DNA of 62,262 nt, counting the filler, from Ionaspis alba (Eukaryota), in NCBI GenBank assembly GCA_964255285.1. It is 3 parts of 3 records of this genome, joined end to end, with 100 filler letters (N's around TTAATTAATTAA, not from the genome) between each part and the next. Parts side by side here need not be neighbours in the genome. Positions count along the whole stretch, not along the records: positions 1 to 20,724 come from CAXUUL010000240.1; positions 20,825 to 41,539 come from CAXUUL010000241.1; 1 more part is not named here. One strand, 5' to 3'. Shown here piece by piece: positions 12,900 through 24,053 of the stretch; positions within the stretch are counted from its first letter, which is position 1, and each line of letters starts with the position of its first letter. Under the pieces are notes generated by a model. That model made no database searches, had not been told where the DNA came from, and saw nothing but the letters and a program-made list of their open reading frames with translations. A program made the translations under genes and the position numbers.

Positions 12900-14378
12900 A
12901 TGGATGGTGAGTAAGTGTACTGTGACCTTTGTGGTCAACGACATGCTGCCTTTCCAAGCTTATCGATCCATTCTAGGGCTAAGCAGCATCCCCCACAAGC
13001 TGTCACCCACCAATCAACTACATACGATCTCGGGATCAAGAACATCGAAACACCCTCTGACGAGACAGAAGACCCAGGTCCGACGAAGAGTGCCGTGACG
13101 ACGGCGAGGCAGAAACAAGCGTTGAGCATTCAACAGCCCAAATCAGCGGATACCAGACGAAGAATCACTATATCAGAAGATGCTTGGACCACAAGTTCCG
13201 AAAGGCTACGATCCCCCAGCTCCACGTCAAACACACCTGTTCGAAATGTCATCAATGATTACATGAACAACCCTTTCATTCATCGGCATGGACGCCGCTT
13301 TCTCCGTGATCCGACCTCCCCTTACCCACTCCCGGTCGACCTCGATGAGTTACACAGACAGTCCCTACGTACAATCATGCTCTTGAATATCTACGGTTCG
13401 CCCATCTGCTCCCCTTCCTTCGACGATATTCCACCCACCAAGGTATTGGAGATAGGGTGTGGATCTGCTTTGTGGTCGTCGGCTTGCCACGATTATTTCT
13501 CGCGCCAAGGACATTCTCGCATTTCCTTCACCGGCCTGGACATTGCCCCCCTAGCTCCGGACCTCACGAAGCAGGGTCTGAGATGGCGTTTCGTGCAGCA
13601 CGACCTACGAAGGTCGCCATTACCTTTCAAGGATGGCGAGTTCGACCTCGTCTTCATCAAGGATGCTGGTCTTGCAAAGACCTTGCCTGTAGTCAATGGA
13701 AATCCTTTCACGGAATCACTGCGAGTACTGAAAACAGGAGGAACTATTGAGCTCTGGGAGTCGGATCACGTATTTCGATCACTTCTGCCGTGTCCCACGA
13801 TGCCCCCAGGGACACCCGAGGACGACGTTGAACAGGCAGTGGATACCGCGACTTATATCATATCACCCAGTACTGCGTTTGCTAAAGCACAAAACAAATA
13901 TTTGTTGGACTATAATACATGGGTGGAAAGAGCCTTTGATCGGCGCGGCCTCATTATTGCGCCATGCTCCCTAGCCGGGTGGACCCTATCAGCTGAGCCC
14001 GATTTATGGTATGACCTTGGTTCCCGGAGAATCGCGATACCTTTCGGAGACGTGCGTTGGGAACAGGAGGGTGAGGGTTCGGCTCAGCCTCCGGTCAAGG
14101 TCCAAAGCCACAGGCCGAGTTCACAGAAAGCTGAGATGAGAGCGAATTTGCGAGGCAAGCACTTGACAGCGCCTCAAGCCGCATTGCGTAGGAGTGCTTT
14201 GAGCACGACGGTCCGCTTTATTGAGGGTCTGGAGCCATTGTTGAAGACAGAAAGTGGCAAGCGCCAGGACGAATGGGATCGCTGGTGGGCGAGTATGATG
14301 CATGATTTGTTGGAGGCTAACGGCACCCTAAATGGAGAATGCCTGGAAGTAGGAGCATGGTGGGGACGCAAAAGTTGA
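12900..14378 (+). CDS. Class I SAM-dependent methyltransferase-domain protein
   Basis: SAM motif I KVLEIGCGSALW, plus FTGLDIAP, LPFKDGEFDLVF and N-terminal RHGRRFL..YPLPVDLDELHRQ. The start ATG 12900 with a short intron (about 12911-12976) is inferred. Confidence 0.85.
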
Positions 14379-14451
14379 GGTCACTTTAGTCCTAGGAAAT
14401 GTAGAGGTGTACTGTAGAAGAGGCACGGCCTTTTGGTACGGTCATCTGCCT

Positions 14452-14901
14452 TCAGCCATTGTTGTAGCTCTGGCGTAAGGCTCGATATCGCTTGAGGTAG
14501 TACCTGAAACAGATTAGACCCCGTTACCGAGCGTATGTAGAGACATGTATTCACAATGCTTCGATTTCTACCACGGTCATCAGCCAAGGGACTGGAAGAG
14601 TAATCACTCGATGTGAGTTCTGATGACCTTTCTTCACAAACCTTGCTCGTTCAATTCCTCGTTTGATTTCTTCTTCATCCCGCAATGCGGTCTGACTGGA
14701 GAAGGCTTTGTGTAATCGAGACCGGAAGTACAGATATCCCAGCGGATATTCTCGGCCAAGGTTGAGGAGGTCTTTATGGACCAGGTTAGCTGTCAATATT
14801 GCTTTGATAGTATGGTTGGTCCAGCAGAAGCAATGCATACCTTTATAAACATCGATGACTTGGCGACGCAGAGCTGAAGACTGCACAGGGTTATGAGGCA
14901 T
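14452..14901 (-). CDS. LYR-motif protein, LYRM5/ETFRF1-like (4 exons, including a 13-nt micro-exon 14567-14555)
   Basis: Spliced: [34 protein letters not shown]...EEEIKRGIERARFVKKEIEALYYLKRYRALRQSYNNG*, which matches the LYRM5 pattern. Confidence 0.85.
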
Positions 14902-17858
14902 AGCAGTTGTGCAGATAGTGCAACAAGCTAAAGCCTCAAACAGTCAGAAGCGAAGAATATGGCCTGATGGTAGGAAAGAATTGGCAGGCAGCGTCTAATG
15001 CCCAGACGTTGAATAATTAGTCGTCGTCCCAACCAAAAAGCCTAGGGAGAGTCTAAGAGACGAATACAACCTACTAGAAGGTAAATGGAGCTTACCGTAT
15101 CTTGCACATGAAAAATGTAGTGGTCCTAGCGTTTCGCATTGCATACTCCCTAGCATATAGGGCCAGATTTGAATTCACGGCCAGATATTCGTTAAAGGAA
15201 TGGCTCGTCTCGTACAGTACAGAATTATGACCAATCATCAATTATAAGCATCCAATATTCGTTGAATTTTGTGAAGCTTCGCTTGATATATTCAATTGAT
15301 CAAGCAGTTCTCCAGCAAGCCACGCGTCTCTTTTCCGTATCAAGACATCTCAGTTCTACTCTGGATAAATTTATTAAATAGTCAGGGAAAATACCTTGGA
15401 CAAAAATCACTTGCCGACAAGATCGATGATGGGAAATTGTGAATCTTTTAATGTAATATCGCCGATTTGAGTCAGCTTGTACTGTAACCGTGGATTCTCC
15501 GTAGGTGATTCGGCCATCGACCGCAAGACAGATTCAAAACAATCAGCAGCCAAGTGGACAATCCCCACTCTTAAATGCTATGCAATATTGCACAGATAAG
15601 GAGATAAAACCCATAATACCGCCCACATATTCACTGACCATTCCCAAAGTGCCTCGTTGTTTGAGCCTTGAAAGATTATTGGAGTTCCCTGAATGCCCCG
15701 GTCTTTTCCCTGTCCTTCAGGGCCTCGAAGTCTGTATCTGTTCTAATCCGGCGTGTCAGCGCAAATGCTGCTAGAATGATTGCGTGCATAGCAAAGGTGC
15801 ACTCATGTGCTGTTGTCGTGTCCCATTGGATGTCAAAAATCCCTCAAATGTAGAGTCGCCCGGTATGCCGGCTACAAGTCGGTAAGTGCTTTAGCCTGTT
15901 CCGTGAATTGACGACAACAATATCACAGCATTATTAGCTAGGGACCCTACTATATCAAAGGACGGACATGACCGTTGCCGGAGGCGAGGCCTACAAAATA
16001 GTTTGACATCAGATGGATGTTGTGGTAACTTCAATTTACCCATCATTCAAGCAAATTCCGTAGAATCAGCCAACACAGCGGTAGTTTGTGGTGAATCGCT
16101 CAACCTGTTAGAGATGCGTCGCTGATGTAGAAACTTCGGTCATTTCTAATAAGGTGGTAAGCTATCATAGCTGTAGCGTTGATGCAGAGATATTCCGCCC
16201 AGACTCCTTGGCAGAAGGTAAGTCATCATAAACACTGCGAGTAACATTCCCAGATTTGTGCCAATATAAAGGGTCATGCTCGAAGGACGGGACAATAATC
16301 TCGAGGCAAATGGCATAAGCGAGAGTAGGAGACCGTCATCTGATCTTTGCACAAGCGGGGCGGTTCTAACCGGGAACATGTGAGGGAAAGGGCAAAGAGA
16401 CGTCGAAGATTGGATGATGGATATGCGGGCGGCAGCAGCGCACATTTTCCGATAGTGATTGGAGCCAGATAATTCATCGCAATACCTGGCTGGACTTAGC
16501 GATGCTACGGAAACGACGAATTCCAGCTCCGCAAGTGTAGAATAGTGGTCCATGGTTAGAAATGAGGGGTAGAGTAGATTGAGTGAGGGGGACAGCCGGC
16601 CGGGAGAGGAAGGATCGATACACAGCTATTTGGGGAGTACTAGGAGACAGAATGGAGGGTGGGCAAAGGCGAAGCCACAATACTATTAGGGAGGTTCTGC
16701 AGCGTCACTTTTTTTATTTTCCCTTACTTACGTATGGTAAAGCGCATACAAGGCCCTTTACTTATTTAAACAAGGCCTTCAAAACTTATATATAATACGA
16801 AATTAATCCAATTACCCGATTTGTCTAAAAACATGCCAAGCCTTCCTAATACGGTAAGGAATTCAACTTAACGGACGCTGCAGAACCTCCCTAATTATTA
16901 GACTGAGAGCTTCTACAGTAGGTGGCATGGTCCGGGTTTGCTGCATTCAAAATTTCCAGTGGGGCCCACTAATTTCCTCTACGTTTCCCGCAAGAAACAC
17001 ACAAGAATAAACTAGAACCCCCCTTCCAGCACATGTTTGTCCTTGTGAGACTCCCAATTTTTGATACCATCATCCATTATTGCCAAAACCCTTTACATCT
17101 TCTCCTTCTCACTCCTTTTGTAGTTACCTCCCGCGTTCTTTCTCTGCGCATATACCAATTTATCTATTTCGAATTGTCCTGCTAAAGCGCAACTCACCAA
17201 CCGACCCTAGAATAGCCCAACAATTAGCACCGAGAAACCAGTTTCGCCGCCACCCAAGCATCTCACCTCAGCGACCAGAGCAGTCGCCGCACACCGCCAC
17301 CAGCATATTATCATATCCTCTACCTCTTCACGCCCACTTTCACCTTGCAACAAATTCTCTGTCTCCCTTCACACCTCCGTCGACTCTCTAGATATTCGAG
17401 AAGAAGCACTCTCCTCACTCAGCCTATTCTCGGCACAACCTCCGGTCTGCTATGAAAGCTGCGTACAAGTAATTACTTTGCGCCCGCGCGAACAGTATCC
17501 CGTTGCTTCATTCTTCCGCTTGCTTCGATCGATATCCTCTCTGCGAGCCTCGCAGACTGCCGCATCGACCATGACGTCCTTGCGATTATAGCACCACGGT
17601 CCTTAGGGACACCTGTGGAGAGAACTACGAAAAGATTAGTCTCCGTGTTTAACCAAGCATTTCCGTCCCCGACAGTACTGCAGAAGCACTCAAACCCGGC
17701 ACGGACATATCGCTGGTATATGCTGATCGCATAACCTCAACAGTCCACTCGCGGCCGACTGTCCTCCCACCCAGTCCCAACCTCTTGCAGTTGGCCCTTC
17801 ACACTTTATATCCACGGGTCCGGCTCCCTTATCGGAGGGCTTTAGACCCATCGAAACG

Positions 17859-20237
17859 ATGACGCGCCATGGAAATAGCCACCAAGATTACTACCCTTCC
17901 TCCGACCCGGTTTCGCCGCTAGGTCAAAAACCGTCGGGAGACCTGCCAGAATCTGGGGAGGAGTCTTTGTTCGATGTTGACGAGCCACCGGAACAACGTC
18001 CTATCTCGCTCCACAGATTCATAGACCTCGAAGACGTGCGATTTCCAGCGACCGAATTTTGCAAACATCGCCCTGCCAACGTCGATCGGAAGCAGTCACT
18101 CCTCACCCAGGCACTCACTAGTCCTGACCCAAGAACCGATACACAATCGGACAGCTATCATGGACCCGGTGCAAGGTCATCCACCTCTACATACAGCACT
18201 GCCAGCTTAGCATCAACAGTGGATCTCACAAGTGACGGGGATAATACAAGCCCGGCTCGGACGAGCACCCCTAGCCCTCCCTTGCCTTCGACCACGAGTA
18301 CAGGGCTGGCATTGCTGACTCCCAAAGGCCTAGACGAGCTCGAAGATGCAAATCGTAGCAAGATTAATCATCATATTCCCAATCAGGCCTCCTCTATCAA
18401 GAAACCAGGAATCAGGGTTGATGATCCAGCACCTCGAAAACGATGCATCACCTTTGCGTGCGCACTCCCAAGGCGAGCGGCGCAGGCCAAACCCGGCATT
18501 GAGCCCTCGAATGAGGTATCTGATGCTACTGGGATTGATGCTCCCAAACGTCCATGCATGCTAACTTTCGCATATCCGGTGCGCACCACACAGGACGCCT
18601 ATATCAAACTCGATAAAGATCAAGCTCCTCAACAGAGTAATTGCTGTGATGTTTTACTGCCTCGATCTCGGCCGACTATGAGATCGACTGAAGGCCACGG
18701 AGCTTCTGCGTTGCCACCTCTAGGAAGATCAAACATGTCGTCCTTTGATGCACACAAATCGAGAGTGCCCAGATCTTATGAGTTTGGTGAACCACAAAAT
18801 CTAAACGATGCATGGATACACGAAAAACCACGCACTGGGCACAAAATCACGATAACTGATACACTCCGTAAAGAGAACTTCATCCGAAGGCTGGGGGAGG
18901 AGGCCGAGGAAGAAGCGATCGAGGAGGAGAAAGTTGAGAACGAAATGGCTTCAGAGGACGATGAAGAGGACCAGGATAAAGATAGCGCAGAAGTTTGTGG
19001 GGAGCTCAACAGCGACGAAGACGTCTCCGATGGAGGTAATGAAACCGATGATGAGGATGGCTTTGCAGACTCGGATGACGAAAGTGAAAGCGATCTAAAT
19101 TATCAATTCTGGTCACCCTGTCTACCTAGCAGTTCGACGGCAAACGATCGGGCAGAGAGTATCCGCTCAAGACCGCATCGATCCGTCTCTTGTTCCTCAA
19201 TCGAATCTACCATCGAAAACGGCGGCTGTGCTATAGGCATTGTTCGCCGTGGTCGCAAACGTTCTGCAAATCGGAGAAGTCCTAAAATGCGACCTGGGAC
19301 TCCCGAATTACCCGACAGCACCGATTTTGTTTGCGGCACCTTAGATGAGGACCGTCCACTCGAGGCTGCATACATCTCCTGCATGCAGCAACGGAAGATT
19401 GCAAAGCATGGATTGATACCGCAAGATGTTGACCCGAGCTTTCCAACATCCGATCTTGAGAATGAAGACGACGACAACCATGTGACTGGCGGTGGCAGTG
19501 ACGAACAAATCTGGGTCACAGGTCGCCCTGACGACTCCGATGTGGGAGAAGCCCCATATCGTCGAGAACGCGGCGGCCGTGGTGCTAAAAGTCCCTCGGG
19601 GACTCCACCGCGACGTCTTCGGTCACCTATTCCTAATCAACGCCTAGGCGGCCACAGGTCTCCTCCTCCATCAGCAGCAGCAGGGAAGCGCGCTCTGTCG
19701 GGTCGATCACCTCCGCGACAGCGTAATCTATTCAGTCAATCACCGAGACGGTTACGGTCTCCTCCGCCCCCTCATCTACGGCATCTAAAGTCGCCGCCTT
19801 CTTCATGCCGTCCCTCTCTGTCTGGATCTGTAAAACAAGATAAACAGGGTATCAATATGCCACTTCTAGTGCCGCGACCAAATCTGACTCATACCAAATC
19901 TTTACCGCGAACCCCAAATCCCTTTTGGGGTGATCAACGCCGACGTCGACTTCACGCACTTGATCGTCCTTGCGAGATACCTTCTAGGGTGCGATTGGCT
20001 CCTACTGCCGGAGAGCCCCACACTCGAGGTCCCATTGACATTGTTCAAGGCCTTGAGACGAAGCGACAGCGAAGAAAGGAGAAGTTTTGGCGCCAGCATT
20101 GTCGCCAGATTGGCAGAGAGAAGGATCGTAGGTGCCAGCCCGGGAAGGGCGCAGAAAGGATGAGAGAGCTCGGTTTGGAAATGGCGGGAAGATGCAAAGT
20201 TTTTGGTCAACGCACTCAGCTTGTGTTGTCGGTGTGA
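17859..20237 (+). CDS. Conserved fungal intrinsically disordered protein, DUF2457-like
   Basis: Intronless 792-aa ORF with conserved-looking blocks RPGTPELPDSTDFVCGTLDEDRPLEAAY, RGPIDIVQGLETKRQRRKEKF and PGKGAERMRELGLEMA, an acidic tract and RLRSPP repeats. The family name is from recall. Confidence 0.75.
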   Translation: MTRHGNSHQDYYPSSDPVSPLGQKPSGDLPESGEESLFDVDEPPEQRPISLHRFIDLEDVRFPATEFCKHRPANVDRKQSLLTQALTSPDPRTDTQSDSYHGPGARSSTSTYSTASLASTVDLTSDGDNTSPARTSTPSPPLPSTTSTGLALLTPKGLDELEDANRSKINHHIPNQASSIKKPGIRVDDPAPRKRCITFACALPRRAAQAKPGIEPSNEVSDATGIDAPKRPCMLTFAYPVRTTQDAYIKLDKDQAPQQSNCCDVLLPRSRPTMRSTEGHGASALPPLGRSNMSSFDAHKSRVPRSYEFGEPQNLNDAWIHEKPRTGHKITITDTLRKENFIRRLGEEAEEEAIEEEKVENEMASEDDEEDQDKDSAEVCGELNSDEDVSDGGNETDDEDGFADSDDESESDLNYQFWSPCLPSSSTANDRAESIRSRPHRSVSCSSIESTIENGGCAIGIVRRGRKRSANRRSPKMRPGTPELPDSTDFVCGTLDEDRPLEAAYISCMQQRKIAKHGLIPQDVDPSFPTSDLENEDDDNHVTGGGSDEQIWVTGRPDDSDVGEAPYRRERGGRGAKSPSGTPPRRLRSPIPNQRLGGHRSPPPSAAAGKRALSGRSPPRQRNLFSQSPRRLRSPPPPHLRHLKSPPSSCRPSLSGSVKQDKQGINMPLLVPRPNLTHTKSLPRTPNPFWGDQRRRRLHALDRPCEIPSRVRLAPTAGEPHTRGPIDIVQGLETKRQRRKEKFWRQHCRQIGREKDRRCQPGKGAERMRELGLEMAGRCKVFGQRTQLVLSV

Positions 20238-20379
20238 ACGATATCAAGCCCTCATATAGCATCGGGAAATGATTACCCATTATACTTCGTCTTTTTTTTG
20301 GGAGTTTTACGAGCTATCGCGGTAACTATGGGCACGCTAGCTCATTGGTGCTAAGTGCTACGAATAAAGTGTGGAACGT

Positions 20380-20724
20380 GATGATTATAAAGGATGATCT
20401 ATCTACTAAATACCCATAAACCTTTAAATACTATGGCGCTAGTATTTATTTGCTAATATACCTATATTTACGCGCATATATACGGCTATACCGTAACACT
20501 AACCCTTTAATATTTAAAACCATAAAAACATATAGTTAATAGATCTTTAAAAAAGTTTAACAATAAATTATTCCGATGATCTTTAAAAGCAATTTTTATT
20601 TTATTATTTTGATTTTTTGTTTGATATTTGCCTGTATTTTCGAATTTCGATATTTTCTTAAATATTTAACTGTTTTATATAATTTACAATTTATTAGAAT
20701 ATATTTATTGAAATTATTTTATTT
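20380..20724. other. AT-rich, TpA-rich scaffold end (probable RIP-degraded repeat)
   Basis: Composition shifts abruptly to strongly AT-rich sequence with abundant TA dinucleotides immediately before the scaffold join. Confidence 0.55.
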
Positions 20725-20824
20725 NNNNNNNNNNNNNNNNNNNNNNNNNNNNNNNNNNNNNNNNNNNNTTAATTAATTAANNNNNNNNNNNNNNNNNNNN
20801 NNNNNNNNNNNNNNNNNNNNNNNN
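20725..20824. other. Artificial scaffold-joining spacer (44 N + TTAATTAATTAA + 44 N)
   Basis: A palindromic 12-mer giving stops in all six frames at 20769-20780 is centred in exactly 100 nt. An identical structure occurs at 41540-41639. Confidence 0.95.
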
Positions 20825-20849
20825 GAACACTACAGCTAATTCCCCCTAG

Positions 20850-21149
20850 AAATCCAAAGCCGACATCATCTCCGAGCGTCAAGCCAACCTGCCACTCCCT
20901 GAACAGCCTCCCGTCGCTTCGGACTGGACCTCAGCTGATGCCTCGAAAGTGAACGTTGGTTCGGGCAGTGTTGAAGGAAACATCACATATGGTTCTGAGG
21001 GAGCCGGGCTACGTGATCCGGCCACTTCTGAGAGCAGTGTGAGGGTAGATGGGGAATCGGTCGGAAAGGACACAAGTGCCCCAGGAAAGGCGGGGAGAGA
21101 GGGAGCGGAGGGCCTCGATGGGCTGCCGAAGGATGCTTTGGCCAAGTGA
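20850..21149 (+). CDS. Conserved small hydrophilic fungal protein, 5'-partial (last exon only)
   Basis: GCTAAT branch and TAG acceptor at 20847-20849, then KSKADIISERQANLPLPEQPPVASDWTSADASKVNVGSG...GREGAEGLDGLPKDALAK*. The start is lost at the scaffold edge. Confidence 0.75.
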   Translation, partial: KSKADIISERQANLPLPEQPPVASDWTSADASKVNVGSGSVEGNITYGSEGAGLRDPATSESSVRVDGESVGKDTSAPGKAGREGAEGLDGLPKDALAK

Positions 21150-21664
21150 GCTATCACTGGAAGGAAACAACATCGGAAGAGCCGTGGAGGAGACTCATCT
21201 GCGCTTCCGGCGCTGTTGAGCTTTCCTTGCATCTGAGAAAGCTGCTTCTACATAGCTCTCGCTTTGTGCCATAGAATAGCGTGGCAATATGTGGGGCATT
21301 GCGGGTTTAGTATACAACTTCGATCAGTTGTGGGAGATTGGCTTTGGCAGCTGACCAACCTGCTCAATATCTAAACCCAACTATTCAATCTAATCGAATA
21401 AGTTTGCCTTGAGTATTATTTAGACCACGTGACATGGCACCAATTATTGTAAGGCTAGCAGCACATCCCACCATTACATCATACTTGTCGAGCTTAGAAG
21501 TTCATCGATGATGTAGATGTACGAGAACTTTCTTGTCAATTCCGATCTCAAACATCGACCTACTATCAGCACTACTTCTAACCAATAAACTCCAACTCTA
21601 CCTATTGCCCTGCAAAGCAGCTTCACAAGACAATTTTTCAGTACCCCGTCACACGATACACATC

Positions 21665-22631
21665 ATGGATATGCAAGGAACTCCAATTGGGTCCACAAAC
21701 CAGGGCATGAAGGTAATTTTGCCAATGCCTAAGCTTGTTCTCTCACCACTGTCTGATTATTGCTTCGCCGCAGAATACAACGGATCCCCGAGCCAAAGAA
21801 GATCCCATCAAAGAGGGCGCCGGAGCAGTAGCATCCGACTCCCTCGCCGCCGAGTCCGCCAAGTCAGGTGGTGGTTTCAGTGAGAACAGAGACTCGAATC
21901 CCCAATCCGTCAAAGGCAGCAATTCAACCTTCGCCAACACCGACACCTCAGGAGCCACCACGCTCAAGCCAGCCCAATCTGCCAGTGAACGAGACGATAC
22001 CAACGCTTCGGCGGGAAATACCAAGTTTCCGGAAAGCACTGGTGGTCAGGCAGAGTTTCCAGGAGGACATAATGCTGATGGCTACTACGGTGGCAGCACG
22101 CGTGCAAAACAGGAGATGTCATATGGAAGCTCCAGCGGTGAGCAGAAGACGTCGTCGAGCACATCGGGTAGCGCCGAGTCGGGAGGTCGAGGCAGCAAGA
22201 CGAGCTCGTCTGCTCAGGGAGGTAGTAGCAGTACTGGACGAGAGACCGTCACATCAGGCTCATCCGGTCAAGGAGGTAGCAGCAGCTCCGGACGTGACAC
22301 CAAAACCTCGAGCTCATCCAACAACGAAGACAGCAGCTCGCATGTTGATACCGCACCAGGCTATGTCGCTTCCGTGGTCGCACAGCCAGACCAGCATACG
22401 GGAAAGCCTCACGGCAAGAATCTACATGATGTGACTGACACTGGGTTTGAGGACGATTCTGGCAAGAACGTTACTTCATTGGATGACGTGGATAGCGAGG
22501 ATCATCCAGGTAGAGCGACGGTGCAGGATTTCCAGAATCGTCAGGCTGGGACTGTTGGTACTGGACCCCGTCAAGGCAAACTTAGTGGTGAAGGAGAGTA
22601 TGATGCGCTCAGCGGTGATACGCCAGCTTAG
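21665..22631 (+). CDS. Gly/Ser/Thr-rich hydrophilin-like conserved fungal protein (exons 21665-21712, 21774-22631)
   Basis: Phase-0 GT-AG intron. Blocks VASDSLAAES, GSNSTFANTDTSGATTL, TAPGYV and KPHGKNL. No Cys or Trp, highly hydrophilic, with degenerate KTSSS..GGSSS.GR repeats. Confidence 0.8.
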
Positions 22632-22868
22632 GATGGTGTGACTGGTAACGAGATCCCATCTAGGAGCTAAAAGTTCAGCGTGTTCGCTCGAGCAGTGGTT
22701 GTTGCTCCTTCCTGACCATCAAATACTTCTTCTGTCTCATAGCTTAGCTACATTTACAAGCGAAACGAATGTCGAAGGTGACAATAGGTACGAGGCTCTA
22801 CATACCTTCTACTGAGTACATCGAGGGTTTGGTTTGAAACGATCATAGAAAACCAGCTCTAGGTAGAC

Positions 22869-23674
22869 TCAGTCGCGGAGAACTACCTGGTGCCCCCCTT
22901 GTGTCCGTTTCGCAGTATAGTTCTGCAACTGGATCTTCAAGTCATCAAGGCAGAATTCCCAGTCCAGTTTGGCCTCTGTGAACTCCGCGGAAATCTCTAC
23001 AGCGTAAAGATATTCCCACGTATCTCTGCTATACTCCCGCATTTTGACCAGGAATGGCAGATGGTATCCGGCCGGGAAATCCACATGCCAGAACAACGGA
23101 TCCTTCTGAGCGTAGCTATAGCCCTTGAGGTAGACAGATATGTCTATAGAAGGAGCGTCCAGGGGTTTGACGTAGAACGAGATCAGAGAAAAAGATGGGT
23201 GGGGTCCGTTTGCAGCTACTGATGTTGAACTGGCGATTTTGAAAGAGGCGGCCTCTTCGTCAGCGTAATTACGGGAGCCTACTAAGGCGTTCGGAGCGGA
23301 GACTGCGCAGTTGAGATCATTCTTGGTGATAGTGTCCGCTAGAGCTGGGTCTCTGGGTGCTATAACATCGAAATAGGAGAAAACGAGGTTCGAATAAGGG
23401 GAAGGGAGTTTGGCTCGGCCGCGGGACGTTGGTATGTCATCAAACTAGGTTCTTGATCAGAATTCTGATGGCTGCTTGAGTCGAGAGCTACAGCGTATCA
23501 ACTCACATTTAGAATAGTCGAATTATACTGATGTTTCTGTTATATCTGCTCAATGATTTACAGTTCGTAAATTGGGAAATATCCTAGGGGACGTACCTCT
23601 GGGGCTACTGCAATGGCTGTTGATAGCATTGTTCGAGATATAGCCAGTGCTCGAAACAACGTGAATGGTTTCAT
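22869..23674 (-). CDS. Putative secreted protein of about 224 aa (exons 23674-23597, 23527-23507, 23444-22869)
   Basis: GTACGT and GTGAGT donors with phase-0 joins and a 192-codon open last exon. Translation MKPFTLFRALAISRTMLSTAIAVAPE|YNSTILN|FDDIPTSRGRAKLPSPYSNLVFSYFDV...CAVSAPNALVGSR...FCLDDLKIQL. The N-terminus is only moderately signal-peptide-like. Confidence 0.7.
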
Positions 23675-24053
23675 TCTGATTGGAGGTTGATCGCTTCGAC
23701 AGAGGTAACGAGAAGATCTTGAGCTTGATGGCAGAAATGGGTATTTCGAAAGTGAACTGATTGTATTTGATGGATGAGTAGATACAACAATCAAGCATAG
23801 TCTCTTGCACAGTGGTGATGAATGTGGTCATATTTTAGCACAGATGGCACTGTATGAGATACATGAAAAGAATATTGGTCCACAGATACGGCATTCGAGG
23901 GAGGGATTGATGGCACGCATGGAAAATAAGCTTCCGAGAGAAGCAAGAAGCGAGGGTGTGCTTCATTCATAATATCATTAAATCCATTCCAAATCGACGA
24001 CCATAATGAGACAAGATCCACTGCACACAGTCTTCCTCCTCAGTGATCTTCCT

